The position numbers and the translations under genes were made by a program. Source: Chiloscyllium plagiosum (Eukaryota). From it: 64,000 bases of DNA. This document shows, in pieces, positions 1 through 13,470 of this stretch (positions are counted from its first letter, which is position 1; every line of letters begins with the position of its first letter). Below the pieces are notes generated by a model, which saw only the letters and a program-made list of their open reading frames with translations, was not told the DNA's origin and searched no databases. The stretch spans positions 705,766 to 769,765 of the forward strand of contig NW_025215381.1 in the NCBI RefSeq assembly GCF_004010195.1, read 5' to 3'.

Positions 1-243
1 GACTGTAGAGAGGTTAGGTGCCGGCGCATTGCTGCGAGCATGGAGCGGAGGATCTTGAAGGAGAACCGTTGCTGGTGTTTTTGAATCTGTAGTCCGTACT
101 GTTTGTCCTGTTCGGGTCCAAACTCTGCTGGTTTAAAGGTGGTCTGGAGTCCGTGTGGGATGAGTTGGTTACAGAGGCATGTACTGAGGAAGCAAATGTG
201 GCTGTGGTACCGAGTTTGTTTCACGACATGGTTGAAGAGCTTC
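1..243 (-). mobile_element. Penelope-like element, N-terminal ORF fragment, continuing off the window start
   Basis: Stop-free frame KLFNHVVKQTRYHSHICFLSTCLCNQLIPHGLQ...; H..FL..C....LIP.GL resembles PLE N-termini. Confidence 0.7.
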
Positions 244-244
244 A

Positions 245-1612
245 TGCCATCCCTGCTAGGGTATTGAATCATTGAACTTTGGCCAGCTCCTCCCTCATAG
301 TTCCCTTTGTTCAACTGCAATACTGACACTCCCGATTCTCCCTTCTCCCTCTCAAATTGCTGGTCATATTATGGTCACTACCTCCTAATGGCTCCTTTAC
401 TTCGAGGTCCCTGATCAAATCTGGTTCGTTGTACAACACCAGATCCAGATTTGCCTTCTCCCTGATAGGCTCCAGTACAACCTGTTCTAAGAATCCATCT
501 TGGAGACACTCCACAAACTCCCTTTCTTGGGGTCCAATACCATCCTGATTCTCCCAATCCACCTGCATATTGAAATCCCCAATAACAACTATAGTAATAC
601 CTTTGCGACAGGCCAATTTCAACTCCTTATTCAACTTACACCCTACATCCAGACTACTGTTTAGGGGCCTTTGGATAACTCCCATTAGAGTCTTTCTACC
701 CTTAGAATTTCTCATCTCTCTCCATACTGACTATAACTCCTGATTCTATGTCCCCCCCCCCCCCCTTACAAAGGACTGAATATCATTCCTCACCAAGAGT
801 GCAACCCCACCCCCTCTGCCTGTCCATCTGTCCTTTCAATGGCACGTATAGCCTTGAATATTCATTTCCCAGGCCCTGTCCACTTGAAGCCATGTCTCAG
901 TAATCCCCACAACATCGTACCTGCCAGTTTCCAACCGAATCTCAAGCTCATCCACCATATTTCTTATGCTTCGTGCATTCATATATAATATTGTTAATTT
1001 GTTACTCCCCTCACCCTATCAATCGCTATTTCACTTGACTATACTGTATGATCCCTTCTTGAGTTGTCTTTCTTAACTTCTCTTATTCTCACTTTCCCTT
1101 TAACTTCTTTCTTAAATTTCCAGTTTGTCCCCTGTTCCTCACTACTTAGTTTAAACACACCTGTGTTGCAGTGGCAAACCACCTCTGACTCTTCACCTTC
1201 GCCCTTGAGGATTCCCTTCACTCTGTCGGTGATGTCCTGGAACCAGGTCGGCCACACACCATCCTCAAATCCTGCCTGTTGCCATAGAAGTCCCTCTGCA
1301 CAATGTCTGACTCCTCGGCTCTACCTCCACGCCAATTTTCGCTTGGGAGACCTGTCCACCTCTTGGACTGGCAGTGTTGTCTGTCTCGACAGTTTCTAAG
1401 AGATTTAACCTATTCACAAGAGGTACTTCCCCTGGGGTCTCTTGTACTTGAATCATCTCTTCCTTCCTCATCATCATCTACCTTCTCTGTTCTGGTATGC
1501 TTGGTGTAATGATCTTGCTGAAGGTCCTGTCCAAAAAATTCTCATTCTCTCGGATGAGCCTGAGGTCATCTAGTTCTTTCTTCAGTGCTGCAACATGCTC
1601 CTTCAGAAGCTG
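245..1612 (-). mobile_element. Degraded CR1 LINE (ORF1 remnant and APE endonuclease)
   Basis: VIGDFN, LDLVL and GGSDHN endonuclease motifs in ORF 311-715. Confidence 0.85.
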
Positions 1613-1679
1613 AATGTGTACAGATATTCAATTTCTAAGTATTTATACAAGTAGGGATATGACTCAAACCATTAATGCT

Positions 1680-2812
1680 AGGCCTTTGGGTAGTGTTGTC
1701 AAACAGAGGGGCCCAGGGGTTCAGGTACATAGTTCCTTGAAGTTTGCATCGCATTTAGACAAGGTGGTTAAAAAGGCACACTTGCCATTATTGCTCAGTC
1801 CTTTGGGTCTTGGAGTTGGGATGTCATGATGAGGTTGTACAGGACATTGATGAGGCCTATTCTGGAATATTGTATCCAGTTCTGATTGCTCTGTTAAAGG
1901 AATGGTGTTATTAAGCTGGAGAGGGTTGAGAAGAGATTTACCAAGACGTTGCTATATATGGAAAAATTAAATTATAAAGAGTTCCGACTTCATAAACACC
2001 GACAAGTAACGAAATTGCATGATCCACTGTCCCCCATTTCAGTACACACAGACCAAGAAGGCTATCAATTCAACTATGACAAAGTAACCATTCTAGAACA
2101 AGTTAACTAGTGACGTGCCAGAGAGTTCTTAGAAGCCTGATTTTCAACCAAAAAGACCATCAAAAAACACATAGACCCAGTGAACAAACCGCTGCAGAGA
2201 AGACCTGGAAATGACACTTAACCCAACAGACCAGACCACATAAAAACCAAGTGGGACAGAACAACAGCGCTTCACGGAAGTTGCACTGATGATGTTACCC
2301 AGCATGGTGCGAAACATCTGCACGATAACCCAGAAGCTTGGCAAGCTAACCAACCAACTCATCCACAACCTGAGCTACAGATCTTCACGAAAACCTCAAA
2401 CTTATTAAGAAAGGCTGAGACTTTTCTCACTGGAGCATAGGAGATTGAGAGGCAACCTTATCAAGGTTTATAAAATCATGAGGGGTAAAGATAGGGTTAA
2501 TGGAAGGTGTATTATCCCTAGGATGGGGGACTTCAAGTTGAAAGGGCACATTTTTGAAGGGAGAGATTTTAAAAAGCCATGAAGGGCAAATGTTTTACAC
2601 CACGGCTGGGTCGCGTGTAGAATGAACTTCCTTCAGAAGTGGAGGATGCAGGCGCAGTTACGATGTTTAAAAGACACTTAGATAAGTACATGAATTGGAA
2701 ATGTTTGGAGGGTTATGGGCCTGGAGCAGGTAGGTGGGATTGTTTTAGCTAGAGATCATGTTCAGCATGGATTAGTTGGACCGAAGGGTCTGTTTCTGTG
2801 TTGTATGACTCC
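1680..2812 (+). mobile_element. CR1 3' fragment split by a Penelope insertion
   Basis: GVQVHSSLK-type coding remnant; CR1 3' UTR ending gggtctgtttctgtgttgtatgactc. Confidence 0.85.
1981..2400 (+). mobile_element. Penelope-like 3' end (GIY-YIG C-terminal remnant) with hammerhead motif
   Basis: Translates ...ISVHTDQEGYQFNYDKVTILEQ..AREFLEA..; CTGATGA 2286-2292 and GAAA 2311-2314. Confidence 0.8.
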
Positions 2813-2879
2813 ATATCGATAATGTTGGAGTTATTATAGAGACCTAGTTGCAAGAGGGACAAGACTGTCAGCTCAACCT

Positions 2880-3690
2880 TCCAGGATTTATTTTCAAAAA
2901 TATACATTGATCATAAAATTATCTTTATATACATGCAAACTCACTAAAGCAGCCCTGTTCTGTACAGTAGCATATGGAAAAACAACTAAATATTGGAGTT
3001 TCACTCTATTCTTACTTTTCCAAAACTATATTTACAATTATTTGAGGCAGGGGGGTATCCAATAACTAAATGGATCCAATTTAACTTCAGCAGAAAGACC
3101 TTAGATGGTGGTCTTTCCCCTCTGTGTCTTGGTGGCAGCTGACTCAAGCTATAGTATGTCCCTCCCTTGGGCTTGGAATGTGCCAGTCCGCAATATTTGG
3201 TCAAGATCAGTTCCTTGCACTGGAAGACCAACAGGTTTCACGCAAATAAAAAAGCATCTTTCACCAAGTTGTTGGACTCCAAGCATAACTCAATGTTTGT
3301 CTTGGTGTACATCCCAGGAAACAGAGCACAGAGGAATCACAGAGCTGCTCGAGATAAAGTTCGACAAAAATCACCACATCACTCACCAGACTTCCCTTGC
3401 AAAGGCATATTTCAGGAGGAGATGTCTGACAGTCTATAGCCATCACCCCTTCCATCGGCGTAGCCACTTCGAGGACAATGTGCAATGGTGCAGAGGTTGA
3501 GGAATATATGAAGGATCACCCAAGTGTCCTTCTCACCACCAGCCAAGCAATATTTTGGGTGCTTGTTGGAAAATTCTGGTGATGAGGCATTCTGCAAAAT
3601 GACTTTGATAGTATCCTGAAGGAACAACCTGACAGGATACATCTTTTCCTGCAAGTTCTTGAGGATGTTGGGTGCTGACTACTTCCTAAT
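2880..3690 (-). mobile_element. L1/Tx1-clade LINE 3' fragment
   Basis: LQNASSPEFSNKH and CPRSG...TVRHLLL..AFAREVW zinc-knuckle remnant. Confidence 0.75.
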
Positions 3691-4234
3691 CAACTTGTGG
3701 TCACACGTGTTTTTCTTTGCATATTTCTGTATGAAGGGCAGTTGATATGGAATGGTCCAACTACTTGAAGCATCCACAGCAACGAGATCAGTCCCATCCT
3801 TCGCAACACCAGGGGCAGGTAAATCCTCAATATATAGTGACAGTCACAAATAAATCTAAAACTAGAGGGCATAGGTTTAAGGTGAGATGGGAAAAATTTA
3901 AGAAGGACCTGAAGTGTAACTTGTTCATGCAGAGGGTGGTGTGTGTATGGAACAAGTTGCCAAAGGAAGTGGTGGAGGCAGGTACAATTAGTACATTTAA
4001 AAGGTATCTGGATGGAAGAGGGATATGAGTTAAATGGTAGCAAATATGACTCGGTCAGATTGTGTTGTCTGGTCAGTTCAAGTTGAACTGAAGGGACTGT
4101 TTGTGTGCTGTCTCACTCTATCTATACAAGCAGGGTACAAGCAGGGCCACCACACTAAAACGTTAACTTTGATTTCTCTTCACAGATGCTGCCAGATCTG
4201 CTGAGCGTTTCCAGCAACTTCTGTTTTGGTAGTG

Positions 4235-5160
4235 TTTTGTGGTGGGAGATTTCAATTCCCCATATATTGACTGGGATTCACTTTTTGCTGGGGGCTTTGA
4301 TTTGTTATGATGGAATTTGTGAGTTGTGTCCAGGAGAATTTTCTGAAGCAATATATCAATAATCCAACCAGGTATGGGGGTGTACTAGACTTGGTACTGG
4401 GGAATAAGTCCAGCCAGGTGATTGACATCTCAATGGAGGAGCATTTTGGGAACAGTGAATGTAATTCTGTAAATTTCAAATTAATTGTGGATAAAGATAA
4501 GAATAATCCGCAAGTGAACGTACAAAATTAGGGAAGGCTAGCTACCACAATATTAGGCAGGAACTTGGGATTGTTTGAGGTAAATTTACACCTGACGTGG
4601 GAATATTTTAAAGGTCAGTTGATTTGAGTTCAGGACCAACATATTCCTGTGAAAGTGAAAGGTAAGGATGGCAAGATTCAGGAACCTTGAATGACATGAA
4701 ATTGTGAGCTTAGTCAAAAAGAAAAAGGAGGCTTACATAAGTTTTCGGAAACTTTAGACAGGCAGCCTTCAAATAACATAAAGATAGCAGGAAAGAGCTT
4801 GAGCAAGGATGAGGAGTGCTGAAACGGTTAATGAAATGTCCATGGCAAACAGGATTAAGAAAAATCCCAAAACATTTTATATGTATATAAGGAGGAAGAG
4901 GGTAGCTAGGGAAACGGTAGGTCCACTCAAGGACAAAAGAGGAAATTTACGGGTCCTTAATAAATTCTTTGCATCAATATTCACAAAGGAGAAAGCCATG
5001 GTGGATGCTTGAGTATCGCGAGAGGTGTTGACAATCTAGGGCATATCAACTTAAGGAGGTGTTGTGTGTTTTGAAAACCATTAAGGGAGACAAGTTCTCA
5101 GGATTTGATGGGACCTGTTCCCAGAATACTGACTGAGGCAAGGAAGGAAATTGCAGGAGC
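4235..5160 (+). mobile_element. Old CR1 endonuclease/tether fragment
   Basis: GDFNSPYIDW, QENFLKQY, LDLVLGN, NPKTFYMYIRRKR. Confidence 0.85.
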
Positions 5161-5479
5161 TGTATGTTATGGACCAGATCAGATTAATTTAACCTGGGGC
5201 AGTGTTTGTAGAGGAATAAGACTGTGTTATTTTCTGGATCTGTAGATTATGAAGAAGCAAAAATGGCCTTTAGTAGAGTGAAATGTGCTTCTTGTCAGAT
5301 GTGGGAGTTTAAAGAGAGTTTAAGGATTACAGCGGATTATATCTGCCATAAATGCTGTTGATTGCGAATCTTATCAGATCGAATGAATCGGTTGGAGAGA
5401 CAATGAGGAATTTGCAATAGCAACAGTATGTGATGGATGGCAATTATAGGAACGGGGGGAAATTCTCAGATACAGTCAC

Positions 5480-6143
5480 ATAGAACATAGAACAATACAG
5501 CACAGAACAGGCCCTTCGGCCCACGATGTTGTGCCGAACATTTGTCCTAGCTTAAGCACCCATCAATGTACCTATCCAATTGCCGCTTAAAGGTCNNNNN
5601 NNNNNNNNNNNNNNNNNNNNNNTCGCCGTTCCATTGAGAAAAGGCCTAGCACTCTCAACCTATCCTCATACTACCTATTCTCCATTCCAGGCAACATCCT
5701 GGTAAATCTTCTCTGCACCCTCTCCAAAGCTTCCACATCTTTCCTAAAGTGAGGCGACCAGAACTGCACACAGTACTCCAAATGTGGCCTAACCAAGGTC
5801 CTGTACAGCTGCAACATCACTTCACGACTCTTGAATTCAATCCCTCTGCTAATGAACGCTAATACACCATAGGCCTTCTTACAAGCTCTATCCACCTGAG
5901 TGGCAACTTTCAAAGATCTATGAACATAGAACCCAAGATCCCTCTGCTCCTCCACCTTACTGAGAATCCTACCGTTAACCCTGTATTCCGCGTTCTTATT
6001 TGTCCTTCCAAATTGGACAACCTCACACTTGACAGGGTTGAACTCCATCTGCCACTCCTCAGCCCAGCTCTGCATCATATCTAAGTCCCTTTGCAGCCGA
6101 CAACAGCCCTCCTTACTGTCCACAACTTCACCAATCTTCGTAT
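5480..6143 (-). mobile_element. Young 5'-truncated CR1 nested antisense in the ORF1 of the preceding CR1
   Basis: Open 150-aa RT C-terminus (LYRTLVRPHLEYCVQFWSP); (gttctat)n tail. Confidence 0.9.
5596..5622. other. Assembly gap
   Basis: N run. Confidence 1.
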
Positions 6144-9134
6144 CACAGATGGGTTAACTCCAAGAAAGGTGAGAGAGGTAGGCAGCTAGTGCAGGAGTCT
6201 TTTGTGGCTATACCCATTTCAAACAAGTATGCTGTTTTGGAAAATGTAAGGGGGGGGTGGATTCTTAGGGGAACGTAGTGCAAACAGCCAAGGTTCTGGT
6301 ATGGAGACTGCCTCTAATGCAACGAGGAGTACGTCAGGTTCCAAGAGATCAATTGTCTCTAGTCCAAGGTATAGACAGACGTTTCTGTAGCCAGCAGCAA
6401 AAAATCAGGATGGTGTGTTGCTTCCCTGGTGCCAGGATCAAGGATGTCTCAGAGGGTGCAGAATGTTCTCACGGTGGAGAGGGGCCAGCAAGAGGTCATT
6501 GTCCACATTGGAACCAACGACATAGGAATGGAAAAGGTTGAGAGTCTGAAGGGAGATGACAGAGAGTTAGGCAGGAATTTAAAAGGAGGTCCTCGAGAGT
6601 AGTAATATCTGGATTACTCCCAGTGCTACGAGCTAGTGAGGGCAGGAATAGGAGGATAGAGCAGATGAATGCATGGCTGAGGAGCTGATGTATGGAAGAA
6701 GGATTCATATTTTTGGATCATTGGAATCTTTCTCGGGGTAGAAGTGACCTGTACAAGGACGGATTGCACCTAAATTGGAAGGGGACTAATATACTAGCAG
6801 GGAAATTTGCTGGAGCTGCTCAGAAGGATTTAAACTAGTAAGGAGTTAGTGGGGAAAAAGGTCAATCGAGACTGATAAAATTGAGAATAGAAGGAAGTCA
6901 ACTGTCAGGGCAGGAAGGGATAAGGTAGAACTAATAAATTAAACTGCATTTATTTCAATGCAAGGGGCCTAACAGGGAAGGCAGATGAACTCGGGCATGG
7001 TTAGGAACATGGGACTGGGATATCATAGCAATTACAGAAACATGGCTCAGGGACGGACAGGACTGGCAGCTTAATGTTCCAGCATACAAATGCTACAGGA
7101 AGGATAGAAAGGGAGGCAAGAGAGGAGGGGGAGTGGCATTTTTGATAAGGGATAGCATTACAGCTGTGCTGAGGGGGGATATTCCTGGAAATACATCCAG
7201 GGAAGTTATTTGGGTGGAACTGAGAAATAAGAAAGGGATGATCACCTTATTGGGATTGTATTATAGACCCCCTAATAGTCAGAGGGAAATTGAGAAATAA
7301 ATTTGTAAGGAGATCTCAGCTATCTGTAAGAATAGGTGATTATGGTTGGGGATTTTAACTTTCCAAACATAGACTGGGACTGCCATAGTGTTAAGGGTTT
7401 AGATGGAGAGGAATTTGTTAAGTGTGTACAAGAAAACTTTCTGATTCAGTATGTGGATGTACCCACTAGAGAAGGTGCAAAACCTGACCTATTCTTTGGA
7501 AATAAGGTAGGGCAGGTGACTGAGGTGTCAGTGGGGGAGAACTTTGGGGCCAGCGACCATAATTCTATTAGATTTAAACTAATGATGGAAAAGGATAGAC
7601 CAGATCTGAAACTTGAAGTTCTAAATTGGAGAAAGGCCAATTTTGATGGTATTAGTCAAGAACTTTTGAAAGCTGATTGGGTGCAGATGTTCGCAGGTAA
7701 AGGGATGGCTGGAAAATGGGAAGCCTTCAGAAATGAGATAACGAGAATCCAGAGAAAGTATATTCCTTTTAGGGTGAAAGGTAAGGCTGGTGGGTATAGG
7801 GAATTCTGGATGACTAAACAAATTGAGGCTTTGTTTAAGAAAAAGAAGGTATCGGCAGGATAGATCGAGTGAATCCTTAGAAGAGTATAAGCACAGTAGG
7901 AGTATACTTAAGAGGGAAATCAGGAGGGTAAAAAGGGGACATGAGATAGCTTTGGCAAATAGGGTTAAGGAGAATCCAAATGGATTTTATAAATATGTTA
8001 AGGACAAAAGGGTAACTAGGGAGAAAATAGGGCCCTTCAAAGATCAGCAAGGCGGCCTTCGTGTGGAGCCACAGAAAATGGGGGAGATACTAAACGACTA
8101 TTTTGCTTCAGTATTTACTGTGAAAAAGGATTTGGCAGATATAGACTGTAGGGAAATAGATGGTGACACTTTGCAAAATGTCTAAATTACACAGAAGAAA
8201 GTGCTGGATGTCTTGAAACGCATAAAGGTGGATAAATCCCCAAGATCTGACCTGTACCATAGAACTCTGTGGGAAGCTAGAGAAGTGATTGCTGGGCCTC
8301 TTGCTGAGATATTTGTATCATCAATAGTCACAGGTGAGGTGCCTGAAGACTGGGGGTTGGCTAACATGGTACCACTGTTGAAGAAGGGTGGTAAGGATAA
8401 GCCAGGGAAACAGTGAGCCTGACGTCGGTGGTGGGCAAGTTGTTGAAGGGAATCCTGAGGGACGGGGTGTACATGTATTTGGAAAGGCAAGGACTGTTTA
8501 GGGATAGTCAACATGGCTTTGTGTGTGGGAAGCCATGCCTCACAAACATGATTCAGTTTTTTGATGAAGTAGCAAAGAGGTTTGCTGAGGGCAGAGCGGT
8601 AGATGTGATCTATATGGATTTCAGTAAGGTGTTCACAAGGTTCCCCATGGGAGATTGATTATCAAGGTTGGATCTCATGGAATACAGGGAGAACTTGCCA
8701 TTTGGATACAGAACTGGCTCAAAGGCCGAAGACAGAGGGTGATGGTGGTGGAGAGTTGCTTTTCAGACTGGAGGCCTGTGACTAGTGAAGTGCCACAAGG
8801 ATTGGTGCTGGAGCCTTTACTTTTTGTCATTTACATAAATGATTTGGATGCAAGCATCAGAGGTACAGTTAGTAAGTTTGCAGATGACACGTAAATTGGA
8901 GGTGTAGTGGACAGCGAAGAGGGTTACCTCAGATTACAACAGAATCTTGACCAGATGGGCCAATGGGCTGAAGTGGCAGATGGAGTTTGATTCAGATAAA
9001 TGCGAAGTGCTGCATTTTGGGAAAGCAAATCTTAGCAGGACTTATACACTTAATGGTAAGGTCCTAGGGAGTGTTGCTGAACAAAGAGACCTTGGAGTGC
9101 AGGTTCATAGCTCCTTGAAAGTGGTGTCGCAGAT

Positions 9135-9362
9135 NNNNNNNNNNNNNNNNNNNNNNNNNNNNNNNNNNNNNNNNNNNNNNNNNNNNNNNNNNNNNNNNNN
9201 NNNNNNNNNNNNNNNNNNNNNNNNNNNNNNNNNNNNNNNNNNNNNNNNNNNNNNNNNNNNNNNNNNNNNNNNNNNNNNNNNNNNNNNNNNNNNNNNNNNN
9301 NNNNNNNNNNNNNNNNNNNNNNNNNNNNNNNNNNNNNNNNNNNNNNNNNNNNNNNNNNNNNN
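9135..9362. other. Assembly gap
   Basis: N run. Confidence 1.
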
Positions 9363-11427
9363 AAGTGGTGGAGGCTGGTACAATTGCAACATTTAAGAGG
9401 CATTTGGATGGGTATATGAATAGGAAGGGTTCAGAGGGATACGGGCCGGGTGCTGGCAGGTGGGACTAGATTGGATTGGGATATCTGTTCGGCATGGACG
9501 GGTTGGACCAAAGGGTCTGTTTCCATGCTGTACATCTCCATGACTCTGTGACTCCTCAAAATATTTTAAGAAAGTAGCCTCGACCCTAACTTGTTCTTAT
9601 TTTAAAGGTAAATGTAATATATTTGGTGTTGTTTGGTAATATATAGTTGATAGGCTGAAGGTCCCATTCTGTTGTGTATGATTCTCTTTATAGAGTTCCT
9701 TGAATTTGAAATTGGGTCTTTACAAAGCTCCCTGAATTTGGGGCTGATTGTTTTCAGAGCTCCCCGAGTCTGGATTTGAGTGTTCACTGGGTTTGGGTGT
9801 TGAGAGGTGGCTTTCTCTTGTGGGAGAGTTGAGGACCAGAGAGCATAATCTCAGGGCAGTGGACAGGAACAAAGATGAATTTCTTCCCTTTTGACGGTAG
9901 TAAATCTATGGAATTCTGTATTGTGGAGGACTGAAGAGGTTTGATAATTTAAGTGTATTCAGAGCTGAGTTAGAAAGACTTTTAATCCTTAAGTGAATCA
10001 AGGATTGTGTGGATAGGTCGGAAAGGCAAGTTAAGGATTATTGGATCAGCCATGATCTCATTGAATTGCAAAGCAAACTCAATGGGCTGAATGGCCTAAT
10101 TCTGCTTCTATGTCTTATGGTCTAATGGGGTTCTCTTGCAGATATTAAAATAAGACAGGATCTGGCTACGGTAGACTGGAAATAGCTACTTCAGGATAAA
10201 TCTGAAGCAGAATAATGGAGGGGTTCAAAAAGGTATTAGCTGGAGTACCGGTCCAATATGTTCCCATTTGGTGGAAAAGCCCAGAGAACCACAAGATCCA
10301 GCAATATTCAGGACTAGATAACAAGGAAAAGAGGGATGTATAACCGGTATAAAAGGAGCAAAACACCAGAGGCCCTAGAGGACTATAAGAAGTGCGGGGG
10401 GAACTCAAGAAAGCAATTGGGAGAACAAAGATGAGTTGAGAGGCAAGAACTTGGAGAATTCCAAGATATTCTACAAGTACATCGAGGGAAAGAGAATAAC
10501 CAGGAAAAGAGTAGGCCCTATTAGGGACCAAGGGGGCAATCTGTGTGTGAAGCCTGGGGACATTTTGTAGAGTCTTTACTTGGGAGAAAGAGGATGCAAG
10601 TACAGAATTCAAGAAGATGGACTATGAAGTTTTTGTGCAAACTAATATAAGAAGCAAAGAGATATTGGACATTTTGACAGATTTAGAAGTGATCAAATCC
10701 CCAGGTCTGGATGAGTTGTATCTCAGGCTTCTGTGGGGAATGAGGGAGGGAATAATAGAAAACTAAAGGACAGCTAATATTGTTCCAGTTTACAAGAAGG
10801 GAGGTAGAGATCGACCAGGGAACTGTACACCAGTGAGACTACCATCAGTGGTAGGGAAACAATGAGAGAAAATAGCGAATGAGAACATTAAGCCATATTT
10901 AGAGTGGCAATGTTTGATCAGGGATGGTCAGCATGGCTTTATCAGAGGGAGATCATGCCTAACAAATATAATGGAGGTTTTTGAGGAGATGACCAAGAGT
11001 TTGGATGAGGATAGGGCGGTTAATATAGTTTACATGGATTTCAGCAAGATCTTTTACAAGGCCCCACATGGGATCCAGGGTAACATGGCAAGTTGGGTCC
11101 AAAATTAGCTGCATGACAGGAAACAGTGTGTGGTGGTAGAAGGTTATTTGCGTGACTGGAGCCTGTGTGCAGTGATATATCTCAGGGATCAGTACTTGGT
11201 CCCTTATCGTTTGTGATATTCATAAATGATGTAGATGAGAATGTGTCGGGATGATAAGTAAGTTTGTGAATGACAGGAAGATTGGCCAGGTGGTTGACAG
11301 CAAAGAGGAAAGTGTTAGGTTACAGCAAGATATAAACGGATGGGTCATCTGAGCAGAGCAGTGGCAGATGGAATTCAAACCTGATAATTATGTGGTGATG
11401 CACTTTTGAAAGAAGTGATGCACTTTT

Positions 11428-11689
11428 GGGACGGCACGGTGGCACAGTGGTTAGCACTGTTGCCTTACAGCGCCAGAGAGCCGGGTTCAATTCCCGCTTC
11501 AGGCGACTGACTGTGTGGAGTTTGCACGTTCTCCCCGTGTCTGCGTGGGTTTCCTCCGGCCCGTAGTGTTAGGTATAGGGGTAAATGTAGGGGTAGGGGT
11601 ATGGGTGGGTTGCGCTTCGGCGGGTCGGTGTGGACTTGTTGGGCCGAAGGGCCTGTTTCCATACTGTAATGTAATCTAATCTAATCTAA
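11428..11689 (+). mobile_element. HE1-type tRNA-derived V-SINE, internally deleted
   Basis: tggcacagtgg A box, ggttcaattcc B box, V-domain gtgtggagtttgcac, (taatc)n tail. Confidence 0.9.
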
Positions 11690-11744
11690 ATAAGGAACAC
11701 GATAAAGGAGTCCTCAATGTTTCGCAGGATATGAGAAAGCTCAG

Positions 11745-12090
11745 AGAATAGAATCATAGAATCCCCACAGTGTGGAAAGAGGCCATCTGGCCCATCAAGT
11801 TTGCACTGACCCTCCAAAGAGCATCCCATCCAAAACCAGCCCCTATCCCTGTAACCCTGCATTTACCATGTCTAATATACCTCGCCTACACACATCCTTC
11901 GCCAATAAAGACAATTTAGCATGGCCAATCCACTTAACCTGCAAATCTTTGGACTATGAGAGGAAACCAGAGCACCCGGAGGAGACTCATGCGGACACAG
12001 GAAGAATGTGCACACTCCACACACCCAAGGCTGAAATCAAATCCAGGACCTCTCTGAGGCAGCAGTGCCAACCACTGTGTCACCATGTGA
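11745..12090 (-). mobile_element. HE1-type V-SINE
   Basis: Reverse complement of the same SINE body. Confidence 0.85.
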
Positions 12091-13145
12091 CCGTGGGGTG
12101 CTAGATCATAGATCCCTGAAGGTGGCAGGACAGCTTACATAGGGCAGTTAAGCAGGCAGTGGAATGCTTGTCTGTATTAATTGTGGCAGAGTAAGAGGAG
12201 CATCAAGCTCATGTTGGAGCACTACAGAATTTTGGTTAAGTTATGACTGGAGTACTGTGTACAGTTCTGGTGACAGCATTTTGGAAATTCACCAGGATGT
12301 TGCCTGGGATGGAGCATTTCAGCAAAGATCTGAGGCTGGATAAGCTCACGATGCTTCAAGGCCGAGGGAAGACCTGATAAAGATATAAACGGTTATGAGG
12401 GGCTTGAGCGGGATGAATTGAAAATAGCTGTTCCCCTCAGTCCAAGGATTAATAATGAGAGGGAATAATTTTAAGGTGAAAGGCAGGGGGTCAAAAGAGG
12501 ATTGGAGGAAAAGCATTTTCACCCAGAAGAAGATGGGGGTTCTGGAGTGCACTGCCTGGGAAAGTACTTTGGACGGGAAACCTCACAATCTTTAAAAAGA
12601 ACTTGAATGAGCACTTGAAATGTTAATAACATTCAAGGTAAGAAAGTGGGACTAGCGCAGTCAGGAGTATATCAGTATTCGATGGGCTGAGTGGCCTCTT
12701 CTGTACTATATGATTCTATTATCCGGTGAACATTAAAGCTGATGAGATGTTTGGAACTATTTACTTGCCTCCATCACAAGGCTTTAGGCTGTTTCATACC
12801 CAGGTTTTTATATTTAGTTAGGATGAGGGAGCGCTGCACGCTGATGAGCCTGTGCTGTTGGGAGGCTTGCAACTGAAACCAGATCTCTCTGCCATACAGC
12901 TGTCTGCAAGATCCCCAACAAACCACACCCTGCTACCTCCAGACTCTTTCTTTCTCACGTGCATGATTTCTGAGGCTGTCAGAGTGTCTGTGCCCCACTC
13001 TTGCAAGATCCCTGTTCCAGACTGTTGTGATGTATGTGTCAGATAACTGAAGAGCGCGTTAGCCGAATCAAAGTGTTTGTTCACAAAGTATTTGGTCTTA
13101 ATTTAGTGCCTAATCAATAGGATTCTGTCATTCACTGACTGACGT

Positions 13146-13470
13146 GTGTCAAATTTTGAAGATGAGTACGTTTGGAATCATGGTGCTGAAGGCAGAGCTG
13201 TAGTCAATAAATAGGAGCTTAATGTAGGTATCTTTGTTATCCAGTTGTTCCAGGAATGAGTGTAGGGCCAGGGAAATGGCGTCTTCAATGGACCTGTTGC
13301 GGCAGTGGGTGAATTGCAAAGCATAGAGTCTAAAGTTGATGTGAACCATGACCAACTTCTTGAAGCTCTTCATGGTTATGGATGCCAGAGCTACTGGGCG
13401 GTAGTCATTGAGGCATGCTACATGACTTTGACACCAGGATGATAGTGGTCTTCTTGAAGCAGGCGGAGAT
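13146..13470 (-). mobile_element. Rex1/Babar-type RT fragment
   Basis: [10 protein letters not shown]...[13 protein letters not shown]...[10 protein letters not shown]. Confidence 0.85.

Larger units (their letters stand above)
5183..9553 (+). mobile_element. Near full-length, inactivated CR1 LINE (ORF1 zinc finger and esterase; ORF2 APE and RT)
   Basis: ORF1 MAFSRVKCASCQMWEF..YICHKC, CCFPGARIKDV and HIGTNDI; ORF2 GDFNFPNIDW, SDHN, QHGF, YMDFSK, KFADDT; tgactc tail; many frameshifts. Confidence 0.92.
10150..12720 (+). mobile_element. Degraded CR1 ORF2 interrupted by two SINEs
   Basis: QHGFIRGRSCLTN and YMDFSK motifs; CR1 3' UTR. Confidence 0.85.

Noticed and set aside
11428..11505. tRNA gene
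   Set aside because: A/B boxes continue into the V-SINE body and recur in about ten copies, so this is a SINE head.
12841..12880. CTGATGAG...GAAA as a hammerhead or C/D snoRNA
   Set aside because: GAAA does not follow a closed stem II and no terminal stem or proper C box is present.
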